From NCBI RefSeq assembly GCF_006345805.1, contig NC_043002.1, forward strand, positions 81,592,001 to 81,656,000: a stretch of 64,000 nucleotides of DNA, written 5' to 3'. The position numbers were made by a program, and so were the translations under genes. Source of the stretch: Octopus sinensis (Eukaryota). The notes under the pieces were generated by a model that was not told where the DNA came from, searched no databases, and saw only the letters and a program-made list of their open reading frames with translations. Positions 1 through 13,963 of the stretch are shown one piece after another (the stretch's first letter is position 1; every line of letters begins with the position of its first letter).

Positions 1-289
1 TAGATATATATATATACATGTGTGTGTATATACATGTATGTATATGCTGATACATATATTAATGAGCTGTTTTATCCTACTTGTCTGTACTTACGTATTT
101 AATATGCATATGTGTGTGTGTGTGTGTATGAAAGAGAGAGAGAGGGGGAAGGGGAGGGAAGGAGGGAGAGAGGGGGAGGGAGAAAATGAGAGAGTGTGTG
201 TGTGTGCGTTGGAAAAGTGTAAACTTGCATTATGTTTTTGTGCGTAACGTAAAATTGCATACGTTAATGCATGTGTGTGTGTATGTATA

Positions 290-349
<60 letters not shown>

Positions 350-680
350 GTGTGTGCCTGTGTGTATATGTGTGTGTGCGTCGAACAGGAGGCAATGAAT
401 AAAGTAGAGACATTCAAGGAGAAAGACAAGCAATGAGAAGTTGGAGTGCAAGGAAGGTATTGTATGATATACTTACAAGTGTCCATCTGTATGAAAGCCT
501 CCCATAATGGCTTTGATATCAATGCTACCATAATGGCAGCTTTAATAAATAGAATATTATACACTGGAATGAAAGAATATTGGAATAATCTGGAATTCTT
601 CTCGAAAAATATAGTATGGTCGCTTTCAATGTAAGATTACCCTAATTCTTTAGTTCTACTAATATCAACTGATAATGATG

Positions 681-757
<77 letters not shown>

Positions 758-792
758 TGATGGTGGTGATGCTGCTGCTGATGATGATGATA

Positions 793-823
<31 letters not shown>

Positions 824-1029
824 TGACAATGATGGAAAATATATATAGAATGCAATCCTCTATACATTCATATATGCATACATAAATAGTACATATATAT
901 ATATATATATTATATATATATATATATACGTACATACATATTGTATGCGTATATATGTATATGCATATATGCACACATACATGCATAATATGTACCCTTG
1001 TACGTATGTATGTATGTATGTATGTATGT

Positions 1030-1119
<90 letters not shown>

Positions 1120-1558
1120 GATAGATAAATCTTACTTGGAAATGGATGCGTGGCGTTCAATTATATAATAATATAAATAATATATATATGCATATATACA
1201 TACATATGTGTGCATACATACGTATATACATATGCATATATGAGCACAGGACGTCACAGAATGTAAACAATAATGAAATACGAAATACGAAAACATGGAA
1301 TACGAACTTTTTTGCGACAACGAAAGAAACAAATAGGAAACAATACAAGCAACTACCCTTCATCAGTTGTCGGTTGTTTTCTACTTTGTATTTCGAGCAA
1401 TTCACAAGATACGTTTTCGACAAAACAGTTGCTCCCGCAAAGCAAACTGAATAAAATTTGGGATTTTGCGGGGGCAGGGGTCAAAGCTGGTAACAAAAAC
1501 ATATGTATGTAAAGTATGTACATATAAGTATGTATATATGCATATATGTTATTTATAT

Positions 1559-1591
<33 letters not shown>

Positions 1592-1624
1592 ATTTATGTA
1601 AGCAATACATTGGTATATATACCT

Positions 1625-2385
1625 TAGGTGGGAGGCTACTACAACAGTGACAAGAAGACTAGTCTTTCCTGGACCTGTGCTAGATGCATTACACCCCATC
1701 TCGAATAACATGCCTTCGCTATCCAGGAACAGGAGATATTTACTAAATACATGATAAACAAAAACAACAAATATACCACCAAACTTCCAAGCTGTGATAT
1801 AAAATGTCGGCTGATATCGTCCATATCAGTGTGAGAGACATCATCCATATCATCAACAGCTTCCCCAAAATGTCCACGAAATGCTACCTGCCCCTGGGGT
1901 GATACAGTTGCAAAGACTATTTACAATGCTATCCGTAGGAAGGACTGCCCTGACGTATACATCAAAGGCAAGTCAGAACCAGCAGGTATCCACACCTTTA
2001 AGAACAAGGAATACTGGTGGAACCCCTCAATAAAAACATCAATTCGTTGCAAACATAACAGACCTGGTATTGTTCTATGTGACAGAGAACAAAAATCATG
2101 CACTGTTGTGGAGGTCAGCTACGCAGCAGATGTGAATGTAGAATCAAAGGTCCAGGAAAAAGGAGAACATTTATGGCGAATTAATGTGAAACTTACAGCT
2201 CTTGTACTCTGATTATAAATTCTAATTTGTAGCTTTCATCACATGTGCATTAAGTTATGTACGAACAAAATTTGCGAAAAAATAAAATAGAAATACTCGG
2301 TTTCACAGGAAAGAGCAAAAGAAACTGACGCAGATTCTCCAAATCAAATCTTTTAGTAGCACAGAGAAGAATTGTAAGACAGTCC
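1625..2385 (+). mobile_element. R4/Dong-type non-LTR retrotransposon 3' fragment (zinc knuckle + restriction-like endonuclease), decayed
   Basis: FAIQEQEIFTKY.., DIKCRL..IIHII.., YWWNPSIKTSIRCKHNRPGIVLCDREQKSCTVVEVS (HNRPD-type RLE motif with D>G), and KLTQILQIKS. Confidence 0.8.
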
Positions 2386-2405
2386 AAAAAGACAGGCATA
2401 ATGTA

Positions 2406-2534
2406 TCTGAGAATACATTTATCGAATGTTTCTTTCTCTTTTAAAGATAAGGGGATCAACTTTAGATAGATTTGGCAGTTAGTAATCATAATTTAGGCTT
2501 TTTTACGCTTACCCGTTTTAGGATAAGAAACTCA
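2406..2534 (+). repeat. ~130-bp dispersed repeat, near-identical copy at 3967-4095
   Basis: gaatacatttatcgaatgtttctttc..cgcttacccgttttaggataagaaactca occurs in both. Confidence 0.85.
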
Positions 2535-3380
2535 TGGATGTGAGTACTATTGAGATTCTTATGGGTGTTTGCATCGACAGTTCAACCAACTCACAGTTCA
2601 TCCAGCACACAAACTCAACTACATATTTACAAACACCGGGAACTCTCTTAGCTAAAATGTCTAGTCGCTTTACTTCCAATCGGCTTGAACTCTCTCAAGA
2701 ACTTAAATTAAACTCAAAGAAAAATCATTCATACATAAATACATACAAAGTACGATCACGCTATTTCAAAATTAGTGTGTTTGACATTAACATTGTCGAT
2801 TAACTGTTTCATGAGTATAACAATTAAAGACATACACTGATATATATTTAATATGTGTATGTGTATTTGTGTGTGTAAGCATGCATGTGTGTGTATGTAT
2901 GTACATATACATTTAAGTAGAAAGACACAAATTTTAACATGCATAAGGGCTGTATTTATATGAAAAGTTGCATATACAGTTTACATGACGAAAGCAAGAA
3001 TTTTCTTTACAGCTGTTTCGGATATTCGAAAACTTGTTGATATAACTATGCATATTGTGCAATGGAGTGAAATATTGAATCACTATGGTTAGCATACATA
3101 AATGCAAAGTAAATGTATCAAGGGATTTTGATAATTTTGTGCAGTTCTTTTGATAACTATAGCGTGACTTTGCTGTACGGAGCTATCAAAATCCGTGGTA
3201 GTTGATACTTTACCTTTACTTTTATAAGTATCTATGATATTGACTCAGTTCTGGATTTCCTTGTATAATATGTATGACTACATCAATATTCATCGATTAT
3301 CTGAAACAGCTGGAAAGATATGACTAGTTTGCTCCATGCAGTTTTTATATGTAACTTTCAATATATATATATATGTATAT

Positions 3381-3472
<92 letters not shown>

Positions 3473-4903
3473 TTATTCCTTACTTGTTATTGTTTGTCGA
3501 TCATTATACTTCCATACCCACTCCACGAAGATCGTTCTTATACCCGACTTTCTATCGCTGCCCTAACTAATAATAATGTTAAATAGAGCAGAGGTATACG
3601 ATTTGGGGACAATTGTATACCATCAATGCTTTGCTTTTTCTTTATTTTTTGTTGTTTTTTTTTGTTTGTTTGTTTGTTTTATTTCTTGGGGATTTTTGTA
3701 AGATACATTTGACAACGTTGTCTAAAATGCACTATAGTTGGGCAAAAAAAAAACAGAAGAGGGATCTTGAACAGATCTGATCTGGGTTTAGCCGACACCA
3801 ACGACATACTACAAAGTGGTTAGTATGTTGGTATGACTGACTGCCGTATTCACTGTGAAACTGAAAACTGGCCGTGTCGTTTAAATCTACGTTAATTCAA
3901 ATTGAGCAGACCTATCATAAAGGTGTTCTAACTGTAACTATTTGTCAGTTTTTCAAGCATAATATATCTGGGAATACATTTATCGAATGTTTCTTTCTTT
4001 TTTAAAGATAAGGGGATCACCTTTAGATAGATTTGGCTGTTAGCAATCATAATTTAAGTTTTTTTTCGCTTACCCGTTTTAGGATAAGAAACTCAAGGAA
4101 GTTGATTGCATCTAGTTTTTTTTTTCTTTTTGCTGTAGGTATTGATGCTGCTGCTATTATTGGTGTTGTTACTGTTGATTTTTAGGCATTGGTCAACACT
4201 GATTTAACAGACCTGTGCTGAAATGTGCTCTAGCCGTGACTATCTAATTTTTTTCTTTACCAAGCATTATTTCCGAGGAGGTCAAATAGAATTTACAGAA
4301 ACATACCCAGAGTTATGTTTCATTATTGCTAGAATGATTTCAAATAGTCATTGAGCTAATGTCATCTTTTATGTTGTTCACCTCAGATCATTTTGAATAT
4401 ATTTTTGATAATAAATATATTAAATATTCTTTCACTTGTTACAGTCATTATATTGTGGTTGTACCCGAGCACCGTCTTGAAGGGTTTATTCGAATAAATC
4501 TACCGTAGTACTTCCATTTTTAAGAATGGTACTTATTCTATCGGTTTCTATTGCAAAGCCATGAAGTTACAGGAGCGTAAGCAAATTAGCATGCTTGTCA
4601 AGCGGTAGGGAACAAACACAAAGATACGCAGACTTACCACATTTATACTATATATAATATTATTATATATATATATATATATATGTGTGTGTGGTATATG
4701 TATACATACATACATATATGCATATATATGTATACAACACACACACACACCACATATATAATATACATACATATATAATATGTATATATATATATATTAT
4801 TTATATATATATATAATATATATATATTATATATATATATATATATATTTATTGAAATGGATAAATGAATTATCTTGTTACGGATTACATACATATATTT
4901 ATA

Positions 4904-4957
<54 letters not shown>

Positions 4958-6820
4958 AATATATTTATATACAGGTATATATATACAGAAGAGACAGAAA
5001 ACAGATAAGAGAAGTAAGTTGGGAAAACATAACTAGTTGGTTTTCATGCAGATGGTGTCCCTGGGTAATTATTGCCAAAACCACTTGTTCTAGATGAGCT
5101 TATGGAGGGGAAGTCTCTAATGACGACCCAACGAATAATAGAGAATAGGGACCCACTAGATGGTCACATAAATCCGAAACTTGGTAATCATGCAAAGAAA
5201 CCAATACTTTATGGTTGTGTGCTGAGGGAATTGTTCAGGCGCCATGATAGAAATATTTCTTTTTTTAGAAAAAATAATAAATAAATAAATGAATAAATAA
5301 ATAAATAAATAAAGAGAATGTATACAAACTAAACAATAGTTTCTAGGAAAAGGAAAAACATAACACGTCATTGGACGCTAGAAAGAAAAGAGAAAAGAGA
5401 GAGAGAGAGAGAAAGAGAGAGAGACTGTGGGAGGGAAATGAATGTTACTTGAAACTACTGTGAATTGAATGTAGCGTTATTTAGTTTGATTTTGAATTGA
5501 GCTGCTATCACAAAAGGTTCATCTAGAATCGTCATTAATGGAGAACCATGTCTTGTAGAAGATACATTCTCTAAATTAGAATTGTCGTCGTTAGACAAAG
5601 AAGAAATTTAAGTCTGATTTTCTATTATTATATATTAGTAATTTTTTTCTTCTTTTTTCTTTTATTCTTTATTTTTTCAAATTTATTCATTCTGTTATTT
5701 ATATATTTCTAATCTTCTCTTCGTCACTGTGTTATTTTGGGATTTTTGTGTAGAGAATGAGTATTTTTTTCTTTTTCTTTCTTTTTTTTTTGCATTTATA
5801 TGTTTTTGTCGCACCTGCTTAATAGAACTATTTTCCATTATTTCATACTTGAATTTATCGGATATTGTCAAAATGATTTAGCTGAACAATTTTCAATCAG
5901 TAGTTCTCACTCAATTTTGAATTCCCGCCAGTCTATCATTGTTTCGATGCGAAAAGGTGAAAACTAAAAAATTTTTTAGAAATTAAGAAATTTTTCAAAA
6001 AAAAAAAAAACATGAAATTAAAAACTAAAAAAAAAAAATTATAGTAATTTCAAAAATTTTAAATAAGTGAAAATGCAACTCCTTAATTATGATGTGAAAT
6101 CTAATTCAGTGTTTTGTCCTTTGCAATGTCTGAATTTCTACGCATAAAGGAGGATTAAAATTTGATGATTGGCTAACTCGTATTTGCGATACGAAGTTCA
6201 AGTGATATTTGAAGCTTAGTTAATAAAGAATGAACATTAAAATCCCATTAAGTTTAAAATTAGCATTTCCATGCATTCTGCCGAGAATAGTTTGGATATT
6301 TTGCTCTTGGTTTCTTTTGAAACGTTTCCCACCCCCACTTCGTTCCTGCTGTTTTCTTGTGGATGTGTTCCAAGGTGGGCACCAGCTAAAATATATTGTC
6401 TTTTTTTTTTATGGGTTACAAAGGTGCTATATTTGTGGACAGAGGAAATAATGTCTCGAAAATTACATTTGGCTGCATCCGGTGGTGAGATTCCAGCTGG
6501 GCGAGTTCGTGAGTTTTGGAGGGAGTTTGAAGTTACCAACTGGTCACCGATGCTTCCAGGTCCTCTCTGGTCCAGGATAGTAGTACATGTCAAGGACCCC
6601 AGTTATGGGTCTGAGAGCAGAAGATGGGCCTGTAGCTAAGGAATACAGGGCTCAAAGGGGCGCGGCACCACCTAGATATGTGTCACACGGGTCCACAGAT
6701 TTGTGGACATGTCATTATGTCATGTGACTCGGTAACTCTTCTTGAGAATTAAATGAGCCCTATGTCTCAATGACAGGCTCGGGAGACCACGAGACTAGAA
6801 GAGGAAACCTTTGCTGTATT

Positions 6821-7355
6821 CAGGGTATCCACAGAATTAACTATTTCGGTGAAGTCGGACAATTTTTTTTTAACTCATTTTTTTTAATGTTTATCTTGTT
6901 TAATATGAGTTAAAAGTGTATACATTTTTAATTTCCTTTATGATTTTATATTTTTATTTTTTTTTTTTTTTACAATTTTATTTTCATTCCTGTTGGATCC
7001 TGCTTATCTGTCCTCGACAGCTATTTTATCAACTGGCTGCAATCACTTTCTCTACGTCTATCCCCTGGATGGAACAGTAATTTAACAGAACTTAAAGAAT
7101 GCATTCAGTAAGCAGTGCAGGAGATAACTCCTGAAATGCTTCAAGATGTGTTTCACAACACTAAGGAGAGATTTGAAATTTGTAGAGATACAGACAGGGT
7201 AGATATTGATAATTTTCAATATAGTATTAACATAAGCTTTCTAAATCTATTTGTTTTGGAATCATAATCAAGTAATAAACATAAAATTCAGTTAATTTTT
7301 TTTTTAGAATTTGCCCGATTTCATTTAAAGGAATAGTTAATTCTGGGACACCCTG
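6821..7355 (+). mobile_element. Tc1/mariner internally deleted derivative
   Basis: Imperfect TIRs cagggtatccacagaattaacta / tagttaattctgggacaccctg followed by TA. Remnant transposase C-terminus NLTELKECIQxAVQEITPEMLQDVFHNTKERFEICRD at ~7060-7195. Confidence 0.8.
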
Positions 7356-7506
7356 TATGTCTCAAGAATAATCTATGATGTAATATATTAATATTTCATT
7401 TTATGATCAGTTATAATAAAAGCTATTTATCATTAATCTGAAAGGTTACTCTATACTTTTGTAGAGTACAAATTTATTATTCTTAAAAAAGAATATTATT
7501 GATACT

Positions 7507-7705
7507 AACTTCGAAGTTTCGGCCAGTTAAGCCATCGCTGCAGATACTGGTTCATGTGACTTCATGGTATATATGCACATCTGTGGACGACTTATTTGGT
7601 ACATGTCTAGGTGGTGCCAGCCTTCTTTGAGTCCTTAGCCACAGGCCCATCTTCTGTTATCAGAACTAGTTCGATGATGGCTGAACAAGCCGAAACTTCG
7701 AAGTG
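7507..7705. mobile_element. ~200-bp element with inverted 29-bp termini that are decayed hammerhead-like motifs
   Basis: 7508-7536 and 7676-7704 are inverted repeats, each reading GGC..GCC-GAAAC plus the palindrome ACTTCGAAGT. Confidence 0.55.
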
Positions 7706-7741
7706 ACTGTCAACAATATTCTTGCTTAAGAATAATAAACA

Positions 7742-7936
7742 GGCGCAGGAGTGGCTGTGTGGTAAGTAGCTTGTTTACCAACCACATGGTTCCGGGTTCA
7801 GTCCCACTGCGTGGCACCTTGGGCAAGTGCCTTCTACTATAGCCTCGGGCCGACCAAAGCCTTGTGAGTGGATTTGGTAGATGGAAACTGAAAGAAGCCC
7901 GTCGTATATATGTATATATATATATATATATGTATA

Positions 7937-7988
<52 letters not shown>

Positions 7989-8195
7989 TGTGTCTGTGTT
8001 TGTCCCCCTAGCATTGCTTGACAACCGATGCTGGTGTGTTTATGTCCCCGTTACATAGCGGTTCGGCAAAAGAGACTGATAGAATAAGTACTGGGCTTTC
8101 AAAAGAATAAGTCCCGGGGTCGAGTTGCTCGATTAAAGGCGGTGCTCCAGCATGGCCGCAGTCAAATGACTGAAACAAGTAAAAGAGTAAAACAG
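7742..8195 (+). mobile_element. tRNA-head SINE, family A (internal (TA)n(TG)n), full length
   Basis: A box tggctgtgtggtaag, B box gggttcagtccc, and tail (aaagagt)n; many copies in the window. Confidence 0.9.
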
Positions 8196-8397
8196 TATAA
8201 TAATTTTTTGCATAGACAGAAATTCAGATATTTTGGTGGGGAAGGAATATTTTGTCTGTAACGAATACTTACCTGGTATTTTATTTTTACCGATCCTGGA
8301 AGGATGAATGGCATAATTTGCTGTAGATGGATTTGAACTTGATGCGTAAAGGGGTAGAAGAACTACTGTAATAAATTTTGTCCGATTCTCTAACGAT

Positions 8398-8712
8398 GAA
8401 GGCGCATGGCTCAGTGGTTAGAGCGTCAGGCTCACAAACACGATGTAGTGAGTTCGATTCGCGGACCGGGCTGTATATTGTGTTCTTGACCATGACACTT
8501 TATTTCATGTTCCTTCAACAGTAAAAATGAGTTGCGATGTCACTGGTGTCAAGCTGTGTCGGTCGTTGTCATTCCCTTGGATGACATTGGTGGCGTGGAG
8601 TGGGAAGGCTGTCATGCATGGGTGACTGCTGGTCTTTCATAAAACAATCTTACCTGGACTTGTGCCTCGGAGGGGAACTTTCTAGGTGCAATCCCATTCA
8701 TGACCGAAGGGG
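8398..8712 (+). mobile_element. tRNA-head SINE family D; second copy at 46408-46725
   Basis: gaaggcgcatggctcagtggttag head, gagttcgattc B box, and shared body gtcactggtg.caagctgt..ctaggtgcaatccca. Confidence 0.88.
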
Positions 8713-8921
8713 ATCCTTTTCTCTAACGATACAACCGAACAGGTTTAATTTTCTTTTCTTTTTTTTTTTATTTCACCAAAATCATTTCACATGTACAACA
8801 TATTGCAAAAGGTGTGAAAAAGAGACGTAGGAATGAACAAACAGTTATATAAATACGACGGAAAGGCCTTAGATATTATACTGCCCATTCAGAGATATTC
8901 AAAATTGGTAATATAATATAA

Positions 8922-9222
8922 GTGGAGGCACATGGCGTAGTGGCTAGAGCAGCGGACTCGCGGTCGAGGGATCGCAGGTTCGAATCTCAGACCGTGTGAT
9001 GTGTGTGTTTATGAGCGAAATACCTAAGCTCCACGCGTCTCCGGCAGAAGGTAATGGCGAACTTCTGCTGACTCTTTCGCCACAACTTTCACTCTTTCCT
9101 CCTGCATCTTGCAGCTCACCTTCGACGGACCGGCGTTCCGTCCAAGTGGGGAACCTATACGCCAAGGAAACCGGGCAACCAGCCCTGTGAGCCAGGCGTG
9201 GCTCGAGAAGGAACAACAACAA
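8922..9222 (+). mobile_element. tRNA-head SINE family C; copies at 55515-55815 (+) and 12761-13059 (-); related variants at 26383-26625 (-) and 19545-19757 (-)
   Basis: gtggaggcacatggc.tagtgg.tagagcagcggactcgcggtcg head, ggttcgaatc B box, and (aac)n tail. Confidence 0.9.
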
Positions 9223-9415
9223 ATATAATATAAACACTAAACTTTGTTCTTTTTTGCATTTTGCAATGGGTGGGGAGTATATTTGTGAAAAGGAATTCCT
9301 GCGTTTTGTATCACATTTTGCATGGCATGCTTTATATTGTATAGACGGGAACTAAGGGCCAATAGAAAAAGTAATAGTAGTAGCAACAGCAGCGGCAGCA
9401 GCAGCAATAGTAGTA

Positions 9416-9455
<40 letters not shown>

Positions 9456-9587
9456 CAGCAGTAGTAGTTGTTATTGTTGTGTAATCTTTTTCTTCGTTTC
9501 TGTATTATATTTTAATCTATTCCTCGTTTCTTCTTTATTTTGCTTCTACCTCATCATCATCATCATCATCTTCTTCGTCTTCTTCGT

Positions 9588-9667
<80 letters not shown>

Positions 9668-10294
9668 TATCACTTGATCTCCAAGGCTCCTGTATAAATA
9701 CTTTATCCATTTTCCGTCCCTTTCATTTGCATCCTATTTGATCTTTCTCTCTCTCTCTCTCACTCTTCCTATTTCTCCCTCTTTCTCTCTTTCATCCATA
9801 CCGTCGCACCAATTATCAATACCTAATAACAAATAAACCTGTAATACACCATTTAGTTCACAGCTTAGTGAATCTACAACATTTTAATTAATATACAACA
9901 ATAGATTATTATCACTAATTAAAATAAGGTCTTCTCTTATTTGCCACAAGGGCCTAAGAATTAGAGGAACGGTACTTGAGCGGAATACAAAGAAAAAAAT
10001 ATTTTAAAATATATAAGTAAAACGACAGAGGATTTACATTGTATAAATGACAGAAATAAACTTAACCCCAACAAAAAAAAAACGGAAAAATGATTGTTTG
10101 TAATTTAGGTATAAGGCCCCAAATTTTGAGGGGTGGGATTTCGTCGATTACATCGACACCAATTCTTGAGTGGTATCTTATGATTTGGATAAAGGTGACT
10201 AGGCGAAGATCTGAATTAGATTTGAGTAAATGCTGCAAAGCAATTTGTTGGATATTCTAAAGATTATTATTGTTCTCCACCCTGATACTTTTAC

Positions 10295-11083
10295 CTTTAA
10301 CTGTTTCGGTCATTGGATTGTGGCCGAGCTGGTGCCCCGCATTTAAGGGTTTAGTCGAAGAAATTGACCCCCAGTAAACTTATCCTGTCGGTCTCTTATC
10401 CCGAACTGCTAATTTACGGGGACGTACGCAAATCAACATTGGTTATCAAGCAATGGTGTGGAACAAACACACATACACGCGCGCGCATATATATACATGT
10501 ATTTTTTCTTTCTTTCTTTACTCTTTTTCTTTCTTTACTATTTCTTTCTTTACTCTTTTATTTGTTTCAGTCGCTTTTAGTCGAGCAAATCGACCCCAAG
10601 TCTTATTCTTTGTAAGCCTAGTACTTATTCTATCGGTCTCTTTTGCTGATCCGCTAAGTAAGGAAAAGTAAACACACCACCATCGGTTGTCAAGCGATGT
10701 TGGTGGGGAGGACAAACACAGACACACAAACATATACACACACATACATATATATATACATATATACGACGGGGTTCTTTCAGTTTCCTCCTACCAAATC
10801 CACTCACAAGGCTTTGGTCGGCCCGAAGCTATAGTAGAAGATACTTGCCCAAGGTGCCACGCAGTGGGACTGAACCCGGAACCATGTGGTTGGTAAGCAA
10901 GCTACTTAGCACAAAGCCGCTCCTGCTTCCACACAGTTTCCGTCTAGCGAATTCACTGACACGGCATTAGTCGGCCCGGGGCTACGGTGGAAGACACTTG
11001 CCCAAGGTGCCGCGCAGTGGGACTGAACCCGAAACCACATGATTGCAAAGCAAGCTTCTTAACCATACAGTCATGCTTGTGCT
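10295..11083 (-). mobile_element. Nested family A SINEs: younger copy (~10520-10927) inside an older one (10295-10500 + 10933-11083)
   Basis: The 3' half and 5' half of one diverged copy flank a complete copy in the same orientation. Confidence 0.8.
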
Positions 11084-13487
11084 TAATAAGGAAGAAAAAC
11101 AAAATTCTGAAGTAAATAACAATTACATAACACAGGCCCAAAGCCATAATTTTGTAAAAATGGCGCCTGACTTGCACAAAATGGAAGGTGAAATCTATTC
11201 TATTAGAATTTAAACTTATAAATTCAAGTGACGAAAAACTAAATATAAATGTTTTACTTCCTTTGACTTTGTGACACTAATTGGGAAACAGAAGGGTCAT
11301 CACTTTCAGGACAAGACCAGCCAGAGGAAGAGGGATCCGACACTCTAGTCTTTCTGTCACTAGCTTTGCTACTATACCAGCCTCAGATCTGAACCCATGA
11401 CCCGTGAAAAGGAAATCCAATAATAATGTTACCACACAGCTTCTACTTTGCTGAGATGAAAAAGCAAAATTGACGTTGGTGGAATATGAACTCAGTGCCG
11501 AAACAAACACCACAAGGGATTTTGTTTGATGCTCTAAAAATGCGGTGAATTTCTGAAAATCCACCACATTTTTGAACTCAGAACATATATCGTAAGGCAT
11601 TTTCTTGATGTTCTAGTGATTCTAAAATGTACTGCACCTTTAATTAAAGCCATAATAATATCGACACAGGCACAAAACCAGAAATTTTAAAGGGACAAAA
11701 AAACAGTCGATTACATTGACGGCCGATTACGACTGGTATTTATTTTATCAACCCCAATTACATCAACCCGAATTCATAAAAGCTGAGATCAGCTTTGGTG
11801 AGGTTTGACCATAAAATTAAGGCGATATGTAACTAAATATCATCATTCACATAATCTGGTAAATGGTAAACAGATATTCAGACATTTTCCTAATGCTATT
11901 TAAATTATTTCAGGAGCGAACTAGCAGTCTCTTATTAAAAATGAAAAGCAAGCGAAGATATGGTTTCCTGGGTTCACACACCGTGTTTCATGTTAATCAC
12001 TATACACAATCTACTGGCCTGTATCACTCCAATTGCTCTGTCCCGTTTATTTTAAACAGTATAGAAGGGGAAGTCACAAGGAATTGATTGCCGGACATTA
12101 AACGATTCTGTATAAACGAGATGGCTGAATGAATATGGTTATTGGAGTCCTTTCTCCTGGGTTATGAGTTCAAATTCGAGGCTGGTATTTTGTTTATCTC
12201 TATCGAGAACTGCCGTAGCAGTAACGAGATGATGAAGCCTAATCTCTTCTCTGATGTTTGATATGTACTTCGTGAAAATACAGTAATAGAAAGTAAAATA
12301 ACATCGAAGATTGTGATTTATAGTTCATCTAGCTTCCATAATCTAAGGAAACTAGAGAAACACGTAATACAAGGGGCAGATAATCTAGTAACATATGTCA
12401 TCTCTAGGTATAGTTGGCCGTTTATTTTGTGAGGCGTTCTTTCATCTTTTGATGGGGTAATTTTTTTTTATTTCTTTTATTTAATTATCATCATTTCACT
12501 GCAAATCATTCTGAATTTTGAAAACAAATTCATAATACATAATTCGTCGAAACATGAGTTGGTGGCATCAAAAAAAATTTTAGACATCCTTTACATGATC
12601 TGCTAAAAATTGCTGTCAAATAACCATCAAATCATACAACTCCTTTGTCTTGAATAAGGAGAGGACATTCTAGATAATAACTGCTGGAACCATTTTCATT
12701 CGTTATATATCTACTAAAAGGCGAGAGACTAGAAAAATCAGTGAAGTGTCGGGGGACATGTTGTTTGTTACTTCTCGGGCCATGCCTGGCTCATAAGGGC
12801 CGGTTTCCCGGTTTCATTGACGTATAGGTTCCCCAAGGGACGAGACGGGATACAGGTCTGCCACAAGTGAGCTGCTAGATGCAGGAGGAAAGAGTGAGAG
12901 AAAGTTGTGGCGAAAGAGTCAGCAGAAGTTCGCCATTACCTTCTGCCGGAGCCGCATGTGTTTCGCTCATAAACATACACATCACCCTATCTGGGATTCG
13001 AACCCGCGATCCCTCAACCGCGAGTCTGCTGCTCTAACCAATAGGCCATGTGCCTCCACGTCATACAATATGCTTTTCAGTATTTGTTCTGATACTTAGT
13101 GTAATGGTTTCAAATCTGGTTGATGTAATCTTTCACCTTTATCTTTTCACGATCATTAAAATATAGTACCTGTCAAGTACTAGTGTTGATGGTACTGACT
13201 AGCCCTCCTCCTTTCAAAACTGTTGGCCTTGTGCCTAAATTTACTTCATATTTTGACACAAGGCCAGCAATTGTGAAGGAGGATTCAACTCGATTATGTA
13301 GATTCCAGTTCACTGCTGGTACTTATTTTATCGACCCCCGAAAGAGATGAAAGACAAAGTCGACCTCGACGTAATTCAACATAAAGACGGATGAAATATC
13401 GCTAAGCATTTTGCTCGGCGTGTTAACGATTCTGTCAGCTCGACGTCTTGCCTCTTGCCTAAATTTTCAAGCAATAATATATCCGTT

Positions 13488-13963
13488 GTGGAAGCGCAAT
13501 GGCCCAGTGGTTAGGGCAGCGGACTCGCGGTCGTAGGATCGCGGTCTCGATTCCAAGACCGGGCATTGTGAGTGTTTATTGAGCGAAAACACCTAAAGCT
13601 CCACGAGGTTCCGGCAGCGGGTGGTGGTGAACCCTGCTGTATTCTTTCACCACAACTTTCTCTCACTCTTTCTTCCTATTTCTGTTGTACTTGTATTTCA
13701 AAGGGCCAGCCTTGTCACACTCTGTGTCACGCTGAATATCCCCGAGAATTACGTTAAGGGTACACGTTAATGAGCTGCGACGTCACTGGTGCCAAGTTGT
13801 ATCGGCCTTTGCCTTTCCCTTGGATAACATTGGTGGCGTGGAGAGGGGAGGCTGGTATGCGTGGGCGACTGCTGGTCTTCTATAAACAACCTTGCCCGGA
13901 CTTGTGCCTCGGAGGGTAACTTTCTAGGTGCAATCCCATGGTCATTCATGACAGAAAGGGGTC
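13488..13963 (+). mobile_element. Chimeric SINE (family B head/body + family D 3' half); second copy at 39020-39513 (-); plain family B copies at 20070-20380 and 32665-32950 (-)
   Basis: B body up to ..cacgttaat, then gagctgcgacgtcactgg of family D, in both copies. Confidence 0.82.

Noticed and set aside
7742-7830. tRNA-gene-like heads (also at 8398, 8922, 13488, 46408 and 55515)
   Set aside because: They have A/B boxes but run straight into SINE bodies, so they are not standalone tRNA genes.
9933-9965. Isolated Tx1-like terminal motif (minus gcccttgtggcaaataagag)
   Set aside because: Too short and not backed by recognisable ORF2 or SINE body upstream, so not counted as a separate element.
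11277-11600. 107-aa non-repetitive minus-strand ORF (SEFKNVVDFQKF..)
   Set aside because: No recognisable motif, the best nearby acceptor is followed by an in-frame stop, and this length is expected by chance; a BLAST would be needed to revive it.
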